From Octopus vulgaris (taxonomy: Eukaryota): a stretch of DNA of 64,000 nucleotides. A program made the position numbers and the translations under genes. The notes beneath the pieces were generated by a model. That model searched no databases. It saw only the letters and a program-made list of their open reading frames with translations, and was not told the origin of the DNA. Each line of letters starts with the position of its first letter. Position 1 is the stretch's first letter. Positions 39,245-52,590 of this stretch are shown piece by piece. Location of the stretch: contig OX597819.1 in assembly GCA_951406725.2 (NCBI GenBank), positions 63,426,001-63,490,000 on the forward strand, given 5' to 3'.

Positions 39245-40785
39245 CGCAATAGATTAAACTGTTGGAAAGTAAAAAAATTCCGAGCCTCGGCTTACAATAA
39301 TTAACCGTAAATGCAAAGAACCTTCCTACGTATCCTAGCTGTCCCTAACAACACTGTTTTCTGGAGCTGTACTAAACTGGGTTTTATGCCTCTTTGCTCT
39401 TTGCATCTGTTCAGATCATGTTTGTATACATTTTACCCACACTTTCTATAGTCTCTGTAATTCAATGGCTAGGTTTTTGTACTTTGCTATTTTTTCTATA
39501 ATTCTCATAGTGATTTTTTCATTATTTGGGACTGTAAAGTCAATTATCTGGCACTTTCTATTCTCTTTATCTACTACTACTAAATCAGGCTTTCTAGCTT
39601 CTATTACGTTGTCAGTCAGACTGTTAAAGTCCCCACAACATCTAGTACTTAACTAGGTTCATGTGCATACCATTTAATAGTATGTTCAAATCCTAGCTTT
39701 CTACATAACTCCCGGTAGATTACTCTCCCTTAATTGTCATGTCCTTTTTTCTTTTCTTTCTATGACAGCATGTTACGTTCCCTTACTATTTGAGTAACGC
39801 TTTCCTCTTTTGATTTCCATAACCTACATTGAGAATCTACTTCGGTTTTGTATGTCTTAGCTTTTATCCAATTAGTCCTTAACGCTTGATCTTTTGCAGT
39901 TACTTACAAACTTTCTGTCTTCTCTTCAGATTTCCTTTCTGCAACCATAACTGTATCTCCCTACTACTATTTGTTGAAACTATCTTTTAGAATCTACTAA
40001 GCAACGCCTTCTCCTGCCAGTCAGGTAATTTATGTTCTTTTTTTGGTTTTTAAATTCGTTTGTGTTTTCGTTTCTCTATGTGTTACTTGTACAGCGCTTT
40101 ATCTTTGCAGTCTTACATCATACACAACCCGACCTTCTTCCTTATGATAATAGTGGTTCTGTGACATGCTATGTTCTTTCTTCTCTAACGCTGTGTTTTT
40201 GCATCCAATAAGTCATCTTGCCCCTCTTTTTCTAGGTACATAGTCTGTCTTTGATACGTTTTGGGTGGAGTATCTAGTCAGCAACTTTCTTTTCTTTCTG
40301 TCTAAGCTGTTTAGTTCGTCTACTATCCATGCAATTATCGCTGCTCCATACCCAAGTATTGAAACGGCTCACGTGTTGATAGCTTGAATCTTATTCCGTC
40401 CGTTTAATTTCGGCTTAAGGATCAGAATCAGTCTGCTCAAGTACTCCAACTGTCATTTCTTACTCCATCAATTTATAAATGTCCAATATCTCCAAGCACT
40501 TATAGCCCGTCCCTTCTATTGGCTTCATAACCTCCCCCGACGGTATCACTACCCCGTCCATTATTGGTACTACTATCACCTATTTCATCGACTACAACCG
40601 CTGAACCTCTCACGCTAACCTGTCATATCTATCGACTTTTCTTTCTTCCTTATCGCATACACTGTTGTCAGCTGGGTATGCTATATCTATGATCCAACAT
40701 CGTTTGCTTTCTTTCTCAATTAACACTATGTCTGGTTCCCTTTTCTCTATCTCATGGTTGCACGGAATCCTAAAATCGTATAAGA
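39245..40785 (-). mobile_element. Decayed R4/Dong-type LINE fragments (two REL domains in tandem)
   Basis: 40785-40560: KREPDIVLIEKESKRCWIIDIAYP; then RT thumb and CCHC region; second RKPDLVVVDKENRKCQIIDFTVP near 39600 and LLGTARI terminus; 3' end abuts (AAT)n. Confidence 0.8.
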
Positions 40786-40789
40786 ACTA

Positions 40790-41880
40790 GTAATTTCAGT
40801 TAGGGAACTGAAGGAAATCAGCAAAAGGAAAAATGGCAACTGGAAGGCCCCGGGACCAGACGGCTACTAAATCAAAAGATTTGGGGAATAGCTGCACAAC
40901 TCAGCAACTTTTCAAATGCCGACCAAGTAACACGAGACTGTTTCACAATGCGCAAGATAGTGCTGTGCTAGAAAAACATCGCAGAAGCCTATACAGTAGC
41001 CTATACAGAAGCCTATACAGTAGACAATTGCAAGCGGATATTCTGCTTGCCACTTATGTGAAAATTATTGACTAGAATAAATGCAGCACCAATGTACGGA
41101 CACCTGGAAAAAATGGAGTCCTGACACCTGAGCAGAAAGGTTGTAAGCGTAAGTACAGCAGATCAACTCCTGATAGACAAAACTGTACTTAGAGTAGGGG
41201 TAATCGCATGGACAGTGGACGACCTAAACAGCGTAGACACTAAGACAAGGGTTTTGCTGATTAGATATGGGATATTCCATCTAAAAATGACACAGACAGA
41301 ATATGTACCACGAAAAAGAGGGGAAGAGGACTGATTGAGTGCGAACGTAGCATTAGAGCACACAAAAAGAACAACATGTAAAAATGCCACAGAACCGCTA
41401 TTATTAGATGTGAGAAAGTCGGGCGTGTGTAGGATTAATGATTGCAAAGATAAGTACTGCACAAGCACTTGAAAATGAATGAAACTGAAAATAGGTGGAC
41501 AAAGAAAAGAATGCATGGACAAGTTCATATGGATGTTGAAAACAAGACAGGCACAGGAAAAAGATGGCTATGGGTGACTGTAAGTGATTTAAAACCAGAA
41601 ACGGAGGCTCTAATCTATGCTGCCCAAGAGCAAGCATTAAGAACGAATTACATCATATACAGGAAAGACAACACATCAGAAATCGATAAGTGGACAAAAT
41701 GGTGGACAAAATGGTGAAACCGTATGATATATTACCAGTCAATGTACACCACTAGACCAGAAAGAATATAAGAGACTTCATGACAATATAGTAATGATTG
41801 TCTATTGGGGACTTTGCAACAAGAATGGACACGACATAACAAAAAAAGGGATGCGAACAAAAACCCGAAAGAATCATCGA
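40790..41880 (+). mobile_element. Decayed, internally deleted R4/Dong-type LINE
   Basis: EQKGC...DQLLIDK; MHGQ; ETEALIYAAQEQALRTNY; QKEYKRLHDNI; ends at a (TAT)n array. Confidence 0.8.
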
Positions 41881-41882
41881 AA

Positions 41883-41974
<92 letters not shown>

Positions 41975-41990
41975 TATTATTATTATTATT

Positions 41991-42412
41991 CAGTAGTTTT
42001 ATTTTTATAGCGTGCTTTCACTTCACTACCGAGCGCAGCTCGGTGTGCCTTGGGTATGTGCTGTGATTTGTTGTGATGCTCTGATGGTTATTGTATGGAA
42101 AGTGTTCTGCGTAGGATGTGTGCAGTGCCTAGTAGTGCAATTTTCTGTATGTTATATGTGTTTGTAAGTCCTGGTGTTTTTATTATGTATTTGTCTGAAT
42201 AATTTTTTATCATGCCTAATGCACCTACTATGATAGGAATTGTTTCTGTTTTCAGATTCCACATTCTAGTTACCTCTATTTCCAGGTCTTTGTATTTTGA
42301 GAGTTTCTCCGTTTCTTTGAGAGACACGTTGTCATCTGCCGGTATTGATACATCAATTAGAAAGCATTTTTTTTCTTCATGATCTCTGACAACTATATCT
42401 GGCGTGTTGGCC
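41991..42412 (-). mobile_element. Young Dong/R4-type LINE 3' end with intact REL motif, inserted in (AAT)n
   Basis: ORF 42088-42525: NTPDIVVRDHEEKKCFLIDVSIPADDNVSLKETEKLSKY (PD-(D/E)xK type); no stops; AAT repeats on both sides. Confidence 0.9.
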
Positions 42413-42488
<76 letters not shown>

Positions 42489-43415
42489 GTGATGAAAACT
42501 GACAGCCTATTTTGCTGGGTATCATGGTAAATCTTAGCTGTCCGCAGCCAGCAGACTAAGGTGGCATTTGTTTACTGGGCATGCTTATTACTATTATTGA
42601 ATATGTCATCTATGTATCATATATGTCAGTGTTCCTTAGGTGTTATTAAAATCTCGCAACTGGTATCAGAAACAGTGAATATGCCGTTCACTGATGTTGG
42701 GATTTACTGCCAGCCCGAAGAAAAACCCTCTCTGCGAAATTTAAATAGCATTTAATTAAAATTTGTGTATTCACTGATTCGTACATTAGAGAAGGCATAT
42801 TTCATCTTGAGGTTCGGCTGCGATTACACATCACTGACGAGGCCGAAAAAGCCTGAATACATCCGGTATCCTTGCTTGTCACTGCCAGGATGATATTCCG
42901 TTTTTAACCAATACAGAACTGCTCTCTGTACTTTCATTCAAACGCATATGTGTATGCACAAGCATGCACATTTTATATATGCGTGTGTTTGCTTCCGTGT
43001 GTGCACGCAAATTTGCGCGTGTTCGGTCGTGTATGTTTGTGCGCGCGCGTAAAATGCTATATTTATTCTCGGGCTATAATCCACATAAAGCGCATGCTGT
43101 TACACCGAATATAGAATTGCAATGCAAAACTATTTTGGTATTGCTCTGCTTCAACACTTTAGGATTTTGCCCTTTATTTTTGCCTGTATTTATGTTCATA
43201 GTTATTCAATAATATTCAGTAAAGCTAACACGGTGCTGTAGATATAGCTATTTATTCCCGAGCAAAATTCCGGAAACCACCTAGAGAGCATATTAAATAT
43301 TTCCCTGTAAGTAAATCTATGTATCCCTCTCTCTCTAAATATATATCTATCAATCTTTCTATGTATGTATGTATGTATGTATGTATGTATGTATGTATGT
43401 ATGTATGTATGTATG

Positions 43416-43494
<79 letters not shown>

Positions 43495-43694
43495 GTATCT
43501 GTCTGTCTGACTGTATGTCTGTTTATCTATCTATTTATCTATCTATCTGTCTGTCTATCTATATATATATATATATAAATTTATCACTCACTCTCTCTCT
43601 TTCTCTTTCTTTCTCTCTTCCTATCTCTCTCTCTCTCTATCTCTCTCTCTCTATCCCCCTCTCTCTCTCACCATATATATATATATGTATATAA

Positions 43695-43744
<50 letters not shown>

Positions 43745-44059
43745 TTATATATATATATATGTATATTTATATATATATATATACTCACACACGTAGATTA
43801 ATGTAATTTTTCTGTTCCACAGATTTACTGTTCTATATCCCCGGCAGAGAATTAGATGCATTCATACAACGCGAAGTATGTATCTCTTTATATGCGTTTA
43901 CAAAGATACATACATATGTCAATACATATTGATAGATAGAAATACTTTTTGGAACTGAGTCTTGAATCAAATACAAAGCTATAAATAAAACCATGTAATT
44001 AGTGGGTTGAAAAACCTTCCTTGTTTAGAAAGGGTAAAGCTACCCGAAATATACGAAGT

Positions 44060-44200
44060 CATATCATCTTGTTATATCGCACGTTCGGATGATCTCTACT
44101 CAACCCCGACGTCTAGACTTCTCCCTCCATATCTACGTATTGGGCTGGCCTACTTCATCGTCTGAGGGCGTCCACACAACACATCTATAGACACGACAAG
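44060..44200 (-). mobile_element. Possible RTE-type LINE 3' remnant
   Basis: Minus translation VVWTPSDDEVGQPNT*IWRE resembles the RTE C-terminal WxP..R..GRP..TW motif; short and decayed. Confidence 0.3.
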
Positions 44201-45059
44201 CGTACGACCATTTCTATCAAAGGTATCCTTCGAAATTTTCTGTCCATTTTAATGAATTTTTTCTTAGCTGCGAAGTATGTTGTAGGAAGTGCGGTGTATG
44301 TTGTGGACTTCATAAAAATTTAGAAACGTTCAGAACGACGGAAAAGACTTGTTTTTTGGACATGGATATTTTATATGTGTTTGTACGAATGCGCGTATAC
44401 GTATGTGGGTTTTATATACATAGTTTCTCATACTCTATGTTCTAATAATGCATTAATTGTCACAATATATACGATCTGTACCATGTAGTTTGCGTATGGA
44501 AGGCAGATCTTAGAGCAGAAGTGAAGACTGGGCAAACAGATAAATCTCTTTTTAATATCAGGACTCGTATACTTGATTACTAAGAAATATGCATAAACTG
44601 CTTCCAAACATTTGCATTGCTACGAGAATAGCAAGATGTTGGTAATAACGAATTTTGAAAGAGTTTGCAGCTGATTTTATGTGATAATAAAAGGACAGGC
44701 ATTAGAATCACTAGCATGGGGAGTAACTCATTTATAAGTCGAACTTCGTTCGAATGGCCATGTAATATGATGAGAAGAATTGCAGTGTTGAGGAGAGAAC
44801 TGTGAGATTTGCTGCGATTATTCTTTGATAAAAAGTGTGCAACATGACAAGAATTTTACGGAACTTGGAAATCCAAGAAACTATACTGGAAGAACCCTGT
44901 ATCGTCACTAAAATGCGTGGGAAAAAAGCGACTCCCATACACATAAAACGCAAATACTCAAGCTCAATTAACACACAAACATGCAGCCAGCTCCATTCAT
45001 ACACACCTAGGTACATGCACACATGCATACATTCGAACATATATACATACATATAAACA

Positions 45060-45089
<30 letters not shown>

Positions 45090-45093
<4 letters not shown>

Positions 45094-45675
45094 CATATCC
45101 TTGATCAATTCTGTGAACTGGGTGGGCACACCCACTGAATCCAAACAGATGGTGAGTCTAGATATGATAAGTCTATTCATAAAGATCCCAACTGGTGAAG
45201 CACTGTCGCTGATTCAAGAAAAACTAATGACAGACACTCATTTAAAGAAGGAACTAGTATATCAATATGAAACTTGATGGAAATCTTGACCTTCTGTGTA
45301 GAAACTACTTACTTCAATATGAACGCCTATATATATCGAAAAGAAGAGGGTTTAGCTATGGGTTTGCCATTTTCACCGGTAATACCAATATATACATGGA
45401 AAATTTTGAGAATTTGGCTTTAGGGTCAGCACCACAAAAACAAACCTTATAGCTGCGATATGTTGATAATACCTTCATACACTAGCCCAACCAGGAAGAT
45501 GTCCAAGTGCTGTTAGATCATGTGAACTCCATAAAGCCATTCATACATCTCACAATGGAAAAAAGAAAAGAAGCAAGCCACCTGATGAAGGCTGGATAGT
45601 ATACCAGCCGAACCGTTGTGTGAAAAACAAACATGAGGACAATATCCGCCAAATGTAAATAATGTAAATAATTTT
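45090..45675 (+). mobile_element. Penelope RT fragment joined to a hammerhead-bearing tail
   Basis: MVSLDMISLFIKIP; GLAMGLPFSPVI; IYMENFE; LRYVDNTF; LTMEK; then the hammerhead and tail ...atgaggacaatatccgccaaatgtaaataatgtaaataatt. Confidence 0.85.
45579..45620 (+). ncRNA. Minimal hammerhead motif with A15.1C change
   Basis: CAC-CTGATGA-A-GGCTGG atagtata CCAGCC-GAAC-CG-TT-GTG. Confidence 0.6.
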
Positions 45676-46598
45676 CGAAGAATATGCCCTGGCCACAGTA
45701 AAATAACTGAAACAAGTAACAGAGTAAAAGAATATGTGTGTGTACGTATGTATGTACACACACACACACACACACACGCATACACACACATATATATATA
45801 TGTGTGTGTGTGTATGTACACGCAACAGACGACCTAGTAACTGTTGGCGTGATAAAACCCAGAATTTTAGCTTTTGTGATGCAAAGACTTGACAAAACCA
45901 ACGAAATATTAATATAAAATCGTAATGCAACTTTTGTCCTGAAGGTTATTTTGGGAGAAAAGTTAAATATTCTTGATCCAATATATATTTATTTAACACT
46001 CGTTAAATAACCTTTGAACGTTAACGATCATAGCTATCTACAAAATCTGTAATCGGCTCTGTATAAAATTATATTGTACTGCACATGTTATATCTCCAAA
46101 CGCTTCCATTTTAACGTGTCCATGATAATGTATAACATGATTTGGCTATATAAAAGCATGTGACATGGTCAGCAATGATCAACTAAATCTTCAAAGGTTT
46201 TGAAAACATGGAAAATACTGGTTGCGGGAGTGCATACTTTTATTACACAACTGCTTTTGTTGTTATTCCAGTTGCTGTAAGGATTGCATTTACCGTGGAC
46301 AAATGCATTTGAAAGGAAATGACGCTCCTGTCCTTGTGACCATTACTGCATTGATATGAACTGCTTTATATGCAGAGGATATTTCCTTGAGTCAAAAATG
46401 TTATAAGATAAAAGGGAAAGAATCAAAGTAATATTGTCACTACTAACGATGCTTGCAGCATTGTGGGTATGATATGGAAATAAGCGTGTTGCCAGTTCAC
46501 TTTCTAATTTTCTGGTTGTAAGTGATGATGCGACTAAACTTAATATTGTGTACAATGCTCATATTATTTACAGTACCCGAAAATGAATTTGAGGATAG

Positions 46599-46642
<44 letters not shown>

Positions 46643-46792
46643 GTATACATATATATATATATATACATATATATAATATACATGTATGTAAAGGCATAGG
46701 GGTAACTTTCTAGGGGCAATCCCATGGTCTGTTTCGTGACCGAAGGGGGTCTCAGACATATGTATGTATGTATGTATGTATGTATATATGTA

Positions 46793-46842
<50 letters not shown>

Positions 46843-46867
46843 GATACGACATTAACATATTAAAATG

Positions 46868-47068
46868 AATCTAGGATATTTACCCCCTTCCCCCTCCATA
46901 GACAATAACTCCTCTGAAGGGCTGTTACCCCGAAGGACAACAGATGGTGATTTAAAACTTCTTAATATATTCAAGAGGAGTAATTATCCAAGCAAGGAAA
47001 TTGTCATCGGGGAGAATTATTCTATGGGGTGGTACTGTTTTCCTAAGGGGAAATTGTCCTGATACGAT
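46868..47068. mobile_element. Probable decayed MITE with subterminal repeats
   Basis: Imperfect TIRs aatctaggatatttacccc / ggggaaattgtcctgatacgatt; repeated ggacaa / ttgtcc-type motifs facing inward. Confidence 0.4.
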
Positions 47069-47164
47069 TAAAATACATAGATGTAAAAAAGTACGAGTTG
47101 CAATGCATGTTTGAGACATTTTAAGGAGTGTGTCTTATAACTGTGTGAGCTTATAATTTTAGTG

Positions 47165-47630
47165 TTAGGTTGTACGGAAAGTTCGTCCCGACTTATAGTA
47201 GCTTACGTTGCGACTTATTTTAGAAAATGGTTGAGTCCATAAAACAGGATTTTACTACACTGCCATTTAGAGCACAGTTTAAGCTATCTTTTCGTGGAAG
47301 AAGGTTTATGTTCCTATAATTTGTGTTAATTCTGTAACTCTTTAAAATGGAAGATAAGAAAGTTAATTTCCGGCACTTGATGCTTTGGTAACCAGACAAA
47401 AATTGCTGCGGCTCGGTTAGGATGTGTTACTCCACCCTCCATATTCACCAGATATTGCCCCCTCGGAATTCCACTTATTCAGGTCTCTGCAGAATAGACT
47501 TAATGGTAAAAATTTCAATTCTTTGGTTGGCGTAAAAAATACTTTGTTAAATTATTTGCAATGAAACCACCTCAATTTTGGGAAGAGAGTATTTTCAAGT
47601 TAAAGGAAAGATGGAGACGCATTGTGCAAC
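47165..47630 (+). mobile_element. Internally deleted mariner (DD34D) transposon
   Basis: TTAGGTTG... TIR start; ATG at 47347 (MEDKKVNFRHLMLW) joined to C-terminal HPPYSPDIAPSEFHLFRSLQN...IFKLKERWRRIV; 3' end lost at the SINE junction. Confidence 0.88.
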
Positions 47631-47852
47631 TGTGGTATATGGCGTAGTGGTTAAGAGTGCGGGCTACTAACCCCAAGATTCCAAGTTCGATTTCAAGCAG
47701 TGACCTGAATAATAATAATAACAGCAACGACATCAACAACAGACACCTGATGAAGGCTGGAGGGTATATCAGCTGAAACGTTGTGTTAATAACAAACAAG
47801 ATGAGGACAAATATCCGTGAAATGTAAATGATATAAATAACGTACATAATTC
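47631..47852 (+). mobile_element. tRNA-headed SINE family D carrying a hammerhead motif
   Basis: A box TGGCGTAGTGG (47640-47650), B-box-like AAGTTCGATTTC, (AAT)n linker, hammerhead, then the same tail as 45621-45672. Confidence 0.8.
47742..47787 (+). ncRNA. Minimal type I hammerhead ribozyme motif
   Basis: GACAC-CTGATGA-A-GGCTG gagggtatat CAGCT-GAAA-CG-TT-GTGTT. Confidence 0.72.
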
Positions 47853-48810
47853 GTAGATGTCTATTCTAATTAACTACCGCGTCATTTGCACATACTGGAT
47901 ATTTGAAATATTTAGAATATTTCTAAGGGAAATGGCGGTGCCCCAGCATGGCCACAGCTCATGAGCTGAAACTGGAAAAATCAAAAATCAAATCATATTT
48001 GTAAAAATGTATTGGCAAGTATATATTGACTTTTTTCTTTCCTATAAAAATCGGCACGGACTTTCCGGACAGCCCAATACATCGTCCCTATATATTAGGT
48101 AAGCATACCGGCCAACATTTCTTATTCCAGATTGATGGAGACGGCTTTACCAGCACATTGAAAACACAGTATGAGGTCAGGAAGCGAAGGCAATTCGGAT
48201 GTTTGCTGTGCAATAAAACTTTGGTTTAAACTCGACTACAACGCTCGTGAAATGCTCTAGACAATGATACAAACATTCATACAAACAAACAATAAAATAT
48301 ATACTCATAGAAGCGAGTATATACCAGGAGAATCAGAGATAGAAAGTGTGTATGTGAGAGAGAGAGAGAGAGAGAAAAAGAAAGAGAGAGATAGTCTCTC
48401 ATATATAGTCTCTGTTTTTTTTACTTCTTCAAATGCTGGGATGTCACCCGTGATAGGTCGTCCGTCTGGAGACTAAAACATGATTCTTATATAAATACGA
48501 TTCCAAGAATACAAACGAACTGTTGATAACCTTTATATATAAAACGATGGAAGCTTGTCTGCGGCAGAGCTGCAAATTCATTTCAGATCAATGCGCAAGT
48601 CGGCGTGATTCTTGTCAAATTTATGAGCTGTGTTTGGAGAATAATATTTAAAACAGAAAACACTATTAGAAATTGATATTTATTTGTGAGACTATAGAAA
48701 TGCGATCAAACGTGTATACACCCGCAGCGAAAATGTTTTTAGGCTTGAAATCAGGGTATGATTACCACGTGTATAGATGTGTGTGTGTGTGTGAGTGTGT
48801 GTATATATGC

Positions 48811-48884
<74 letters not shown>

Positions 48885-48907
48885 GTGTGTGTATATGTGT
48901 GTGTATT

Positions 48908-49144
48908 TGGAGGCGCAATGTCCCATTGGTTAGGGCGTTGTGAGTGTTTATTGAGCGAAAACGCCAAAAAGCTCCACGAGGCTCCGGCAGGGTTGGTGGT
49001 GATCACCACAAATTGCTCTCACTCATTCTTCTGTTGGCCTGCTCGCTTAACCAGCGGGGTGGCGTCATTTCAAGGCTAAAACAATGCGAAGCGCATTGTG
49101 ACCAGCGATGTGTAGCAACATCTGATGGCCTGGTCGGTCACGTG

Positions 49145-49145
<1 letters not shown>
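48908..49145 (+). mobile_element. SINE with family A-type head (B box deleted) and a third tail type
   Basis: GGAGGCGCAATG...ttgagcgaaaac..aagctccacgaggctccggcag body; tail ...gcgcattgtgaccagcgatgtgtagcaacatctgatggcctggtcggtcacgtga. Confidence 0.75.
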
Positions 49146-49189
<44 letters not shown>

Positions 49190-49417
49190 CACACAAAGAG
49201 TGACAAAGGGAGAGAGAAAGACAGAGAGAGAGAGAGAGGGAGAGACAGTTAGACAGAGACACGTAGATAAATATATATAAATATACATACTCGCACACAC
49301 ACACACACACACACATATGCATACATACATGCTCATACGGACGAAATGAGGGCAGATACCTTCTGTTTCGTGTGTTAAGAATTCTGCAAGAAACAAATAA
49401 TAGCAACAATTAATGAT

Positions 49418-50310
49418 AGGAGAAAGGAAGAAGAAGAAGAAGAAGAAGAAGAAGGAGAAGAAGAGGAGGAGGAGGAGAGGAAGAAGAAGGAGAAGAAGAA
49501 GAAGAAACAGAAGAAACAGTAGGAGGGGAGGAAGAAGAAGAAGAAGCAAGAGGAGGAGAGGAAGAAGAAAGAGAAGGGGGAGGCGGAGAAGAAGAAGGAG
49601 GATGAGAAGAAGAAGAAGGATGAGGAGGAGAAGAAGGAGGATGAGGAGAAGAGGAAGGAGGATGAGGAGAAGAAGAAGAAGAAGAAGAAGAAGAAGAAGA
49701 AGAAGAAGAAGAAGAAGAAAAAAGATAAAGAAGAAAAAGAAGAAGAAGAAGAAGGAGAAGAAGGAGGAGGAGGAAGAGGAGAGGAAGAAGAAGAAGAAGA
49801 AGAAGAAGAAGGAAAAGAAGAAGAAGAAGAAGGAGAAGAAGGAGGAGGAGGAAGAGGAGAAGAAGAAGGATGAGAAGAAGAAGAAGAATAAGAAGAAGAA
49901 GGAGGATGAGGAGAAGAAGAAGAAGGATGAGGAGAAGAAGAAGAAGGATGAGGAAGAAGAAGAAGGATGAGAAGAAGAAGGAGGATGAGGAGAAGAAGAA
50001 GAAGGATGAGGAGAAGAAGAAGGAGGATGAGGAGAAGAAGAAGAAGGATGAGAAGAAGAAGGATGAGGAGGAAAAAGAAGAAGGATGAGGAGAAGAAGAA
50101 GGAGGATGAGGAGAAGAAGAAGAAGAAGAAGAAGGATGAGGAGGAGAAGAAGAAGAAGGATGAAGAAGAAGAAGGATGGGGAGGAGAAGAAGAAGGAGAA
50201 GAAGAAGAAGAAGAAGAAGAAGAAGAAGAAGAAGAAGAAGAAGAAGAAGGAGAAGAAGAAGAAGAAGAAGAAGAAGAAGTGGAAGTTGATGATGAAGACG
50301 AAGAAAAAGG
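49418..50310 (+). repeat. ~890-bp (GAA/GAG/GAT) purine-rich trinucleotide tract
   Basis: Directly visible; higher-order unit GATGAGGAGAAGAAGAAGAAG recurs. Confidence 0.95.
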
Positions 50311-51215
50311 CGAATCATGTTCATAATTGTAGCAGGAAAGATTTATAGACCTGCAACAAACCCACGGTGTTTGGTTTAGGGTATTTTCCATAGAAAGTAA
50401 CTCAGAAAAACATTGCTTTCAATATAGCTATGCGTCTGTATATTTAAGAGATGGCGCCTAGTATGTTCCCGTTCACTCTACCGATTCTGCCTTCATAATA
50501 ATTATACTTAAATTAAATATCATGACTTCCCGTTTGAAGATGGAGTATATATGACTGGTATGTATCTAACAGATAACACGAAAATGGATAGCGAAATCGA
50601 TCGCAATATATTTAGAAAATATAACTTAAAGGGTCTATAAATAATATTGCAATGTATCATAAACAATTTCTGTATCGATTCTTAAGACCAAATTTTAACA
50701 ACCATCGAAACGGCGACTGTAATTGCAGCGATTGCGTTGATGTCATGTATAACTTAATTCTGAAGATGGCAATGATTGTGCCGATGATGATGATGTTGAT
50801 TTGGACAAAAGAAAATCAAGTAACGAGAAAAAGCTCAGAAACACGTATATAAATAATTGCACAGTTTCAACATGTGATTTACTGCCAGTATGTTACCGAT
50901 TCTCTAACTTTTCAAGCGCTCATCTCATTAATCACATCGAAAGATGTCCATCGACAAGAAAACACACTCTCGCTTAAAGTAGACTGTTCTTAGAGCGAAC
51001 GTATTTGCGCATATTCGGTCTGATTCAGTTGACTTTCGTTTCATTATCTTTTCTGCATATGTATGTATGTATGTATGTATGTATTTATGTATGTATGTAT
51101 GTATGTATGTATGTATATGTATGTACGTATGTATATATGCATGCATATATGTATGTAGGTGTCTATCTATACATATATATATATATATTATATATTTACT
51201 TAAATGCAGCAGCTA

Positions 51216-51261
<46 letters not shown>

Positions 51262-51399
51262 TGTTGTATTTTTTAATTTTTTTACTTATTTGGCAAATAC
51301 ACATACGCACTATATATATTCGTTCTTCACTCGTTTATTACTGTTCTTATTCTATCATAATTCGACACTTTCCCTAACACTTTACCCATTAAGGCACTA

Positions 51400-52590
51400 G
51401 TTAGTCATACATATGTCTGCTTCTCTCTCACTACTTATTCCATCGTTTTCTTTAACCATACTGCATCTCCATTATGATTCACTGTCTTAAATCAAATATT
51501 ACTCCAAAACTTTCTAGCTTCTTCTGCATTAAGTATCTCATCTGCAGTACTTTTTTCTCCCCATTATATGTGGTCTTTCTCAAATAGTCTGTTCTGTTGA
51601 TATTGATCTCTTTGCTGATATCTGGAAAACATACCTGCTACTGCTATGGTGTGCTGTTTCACTTCTTGTGTGACTGTCCGAAATCCTTTCTCTTCGACTA
51701 AGTATCTATTTCCAAGAGATTTAAATCTTGTGTTTCCTAACTTGTTCATTTTCCAGGCTTCTAATCTAATCAGATCTTGTCTTAAAGTCTTTACTTTATT
51801 TTGTAATCTGCTTTTCCACATTTGCTCTTTTTAAATATTTCCTTGTGTAATATTTAATCTTCTAGTAATTACCATCCTGCATAGATCAATAAGTTAGAGT
51901 TGCCTATATTTTTAGTCTATCTATCCTACTAATGATATCATCCATCCTACTAATAATCTATCAAATAATTTTCATTTATCCTACTGATAATCTACTTTCT
52001 ACTTTGCTAGTTATAACTTGCAGCTTCCTTCAATTTAATGCTGCCGATATTTTTCTTACTGCTTTACACATTTCTTGCAACTCATTTAAATCTTCTGATC
52101 TTCCTCACTTAAATCCCTTAAATCCCTGGTGCCCGTTGTCGCTTCCTTATTGGTAGTGCTATTACTGTTTTCCTTTAGGTAGGTCTTTCTTTCGTTTCAG
52201 CTGTATCCCTTTTGTTATTGTTTGTCTTTCCTACTGCCTGGCCATTTATTCCCAGTTCTCTTCTGATCACTCCATCCCCAATTCCGTCATCCACTTTCAT
52301 CTCTTAATAGCGTTAGTTTAATCTACTAGTCTCTGCTTAGTCACTTTAAATATACCTTTCTGTACCCAAAGTATTAACATCCGTTTTATAGCCCCTTATT
52401 TTAGGTTCACTTTCTATGTAGCACTGCGTCACTACCCTGTTTTCTCCGCCGGGCCAATTTCTCCTCCTTACTCTATTATCTGCTGATGCTGTATGAGGGT
52501 AACAGTCTGCGTCTTATTACTGAACCACATTTTCCCTATTACAACCAGAGTTTCTTGGCAAACTCATGTCTCTCATAAACTGAAGTGAGG
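51400..52590 (-). mobile_element. Decayed N-terminal region of an R4/Dong-type LINE ORF
   Basis: WKSRLQNKVKTLRQDLIRL...RYQQRDQYQQNRLFEKD...FWS, typical of the pre-RT region of R4-clade elements. Confidence 0.7.

Noticed and set aside
42830-42900. CTGACGAGGCCGAAAAAGCCTGAAT, hammerhead-like
   Set aside because: GAAA is not correctly placed after stem II and no consistent stem I/NUH site was found.
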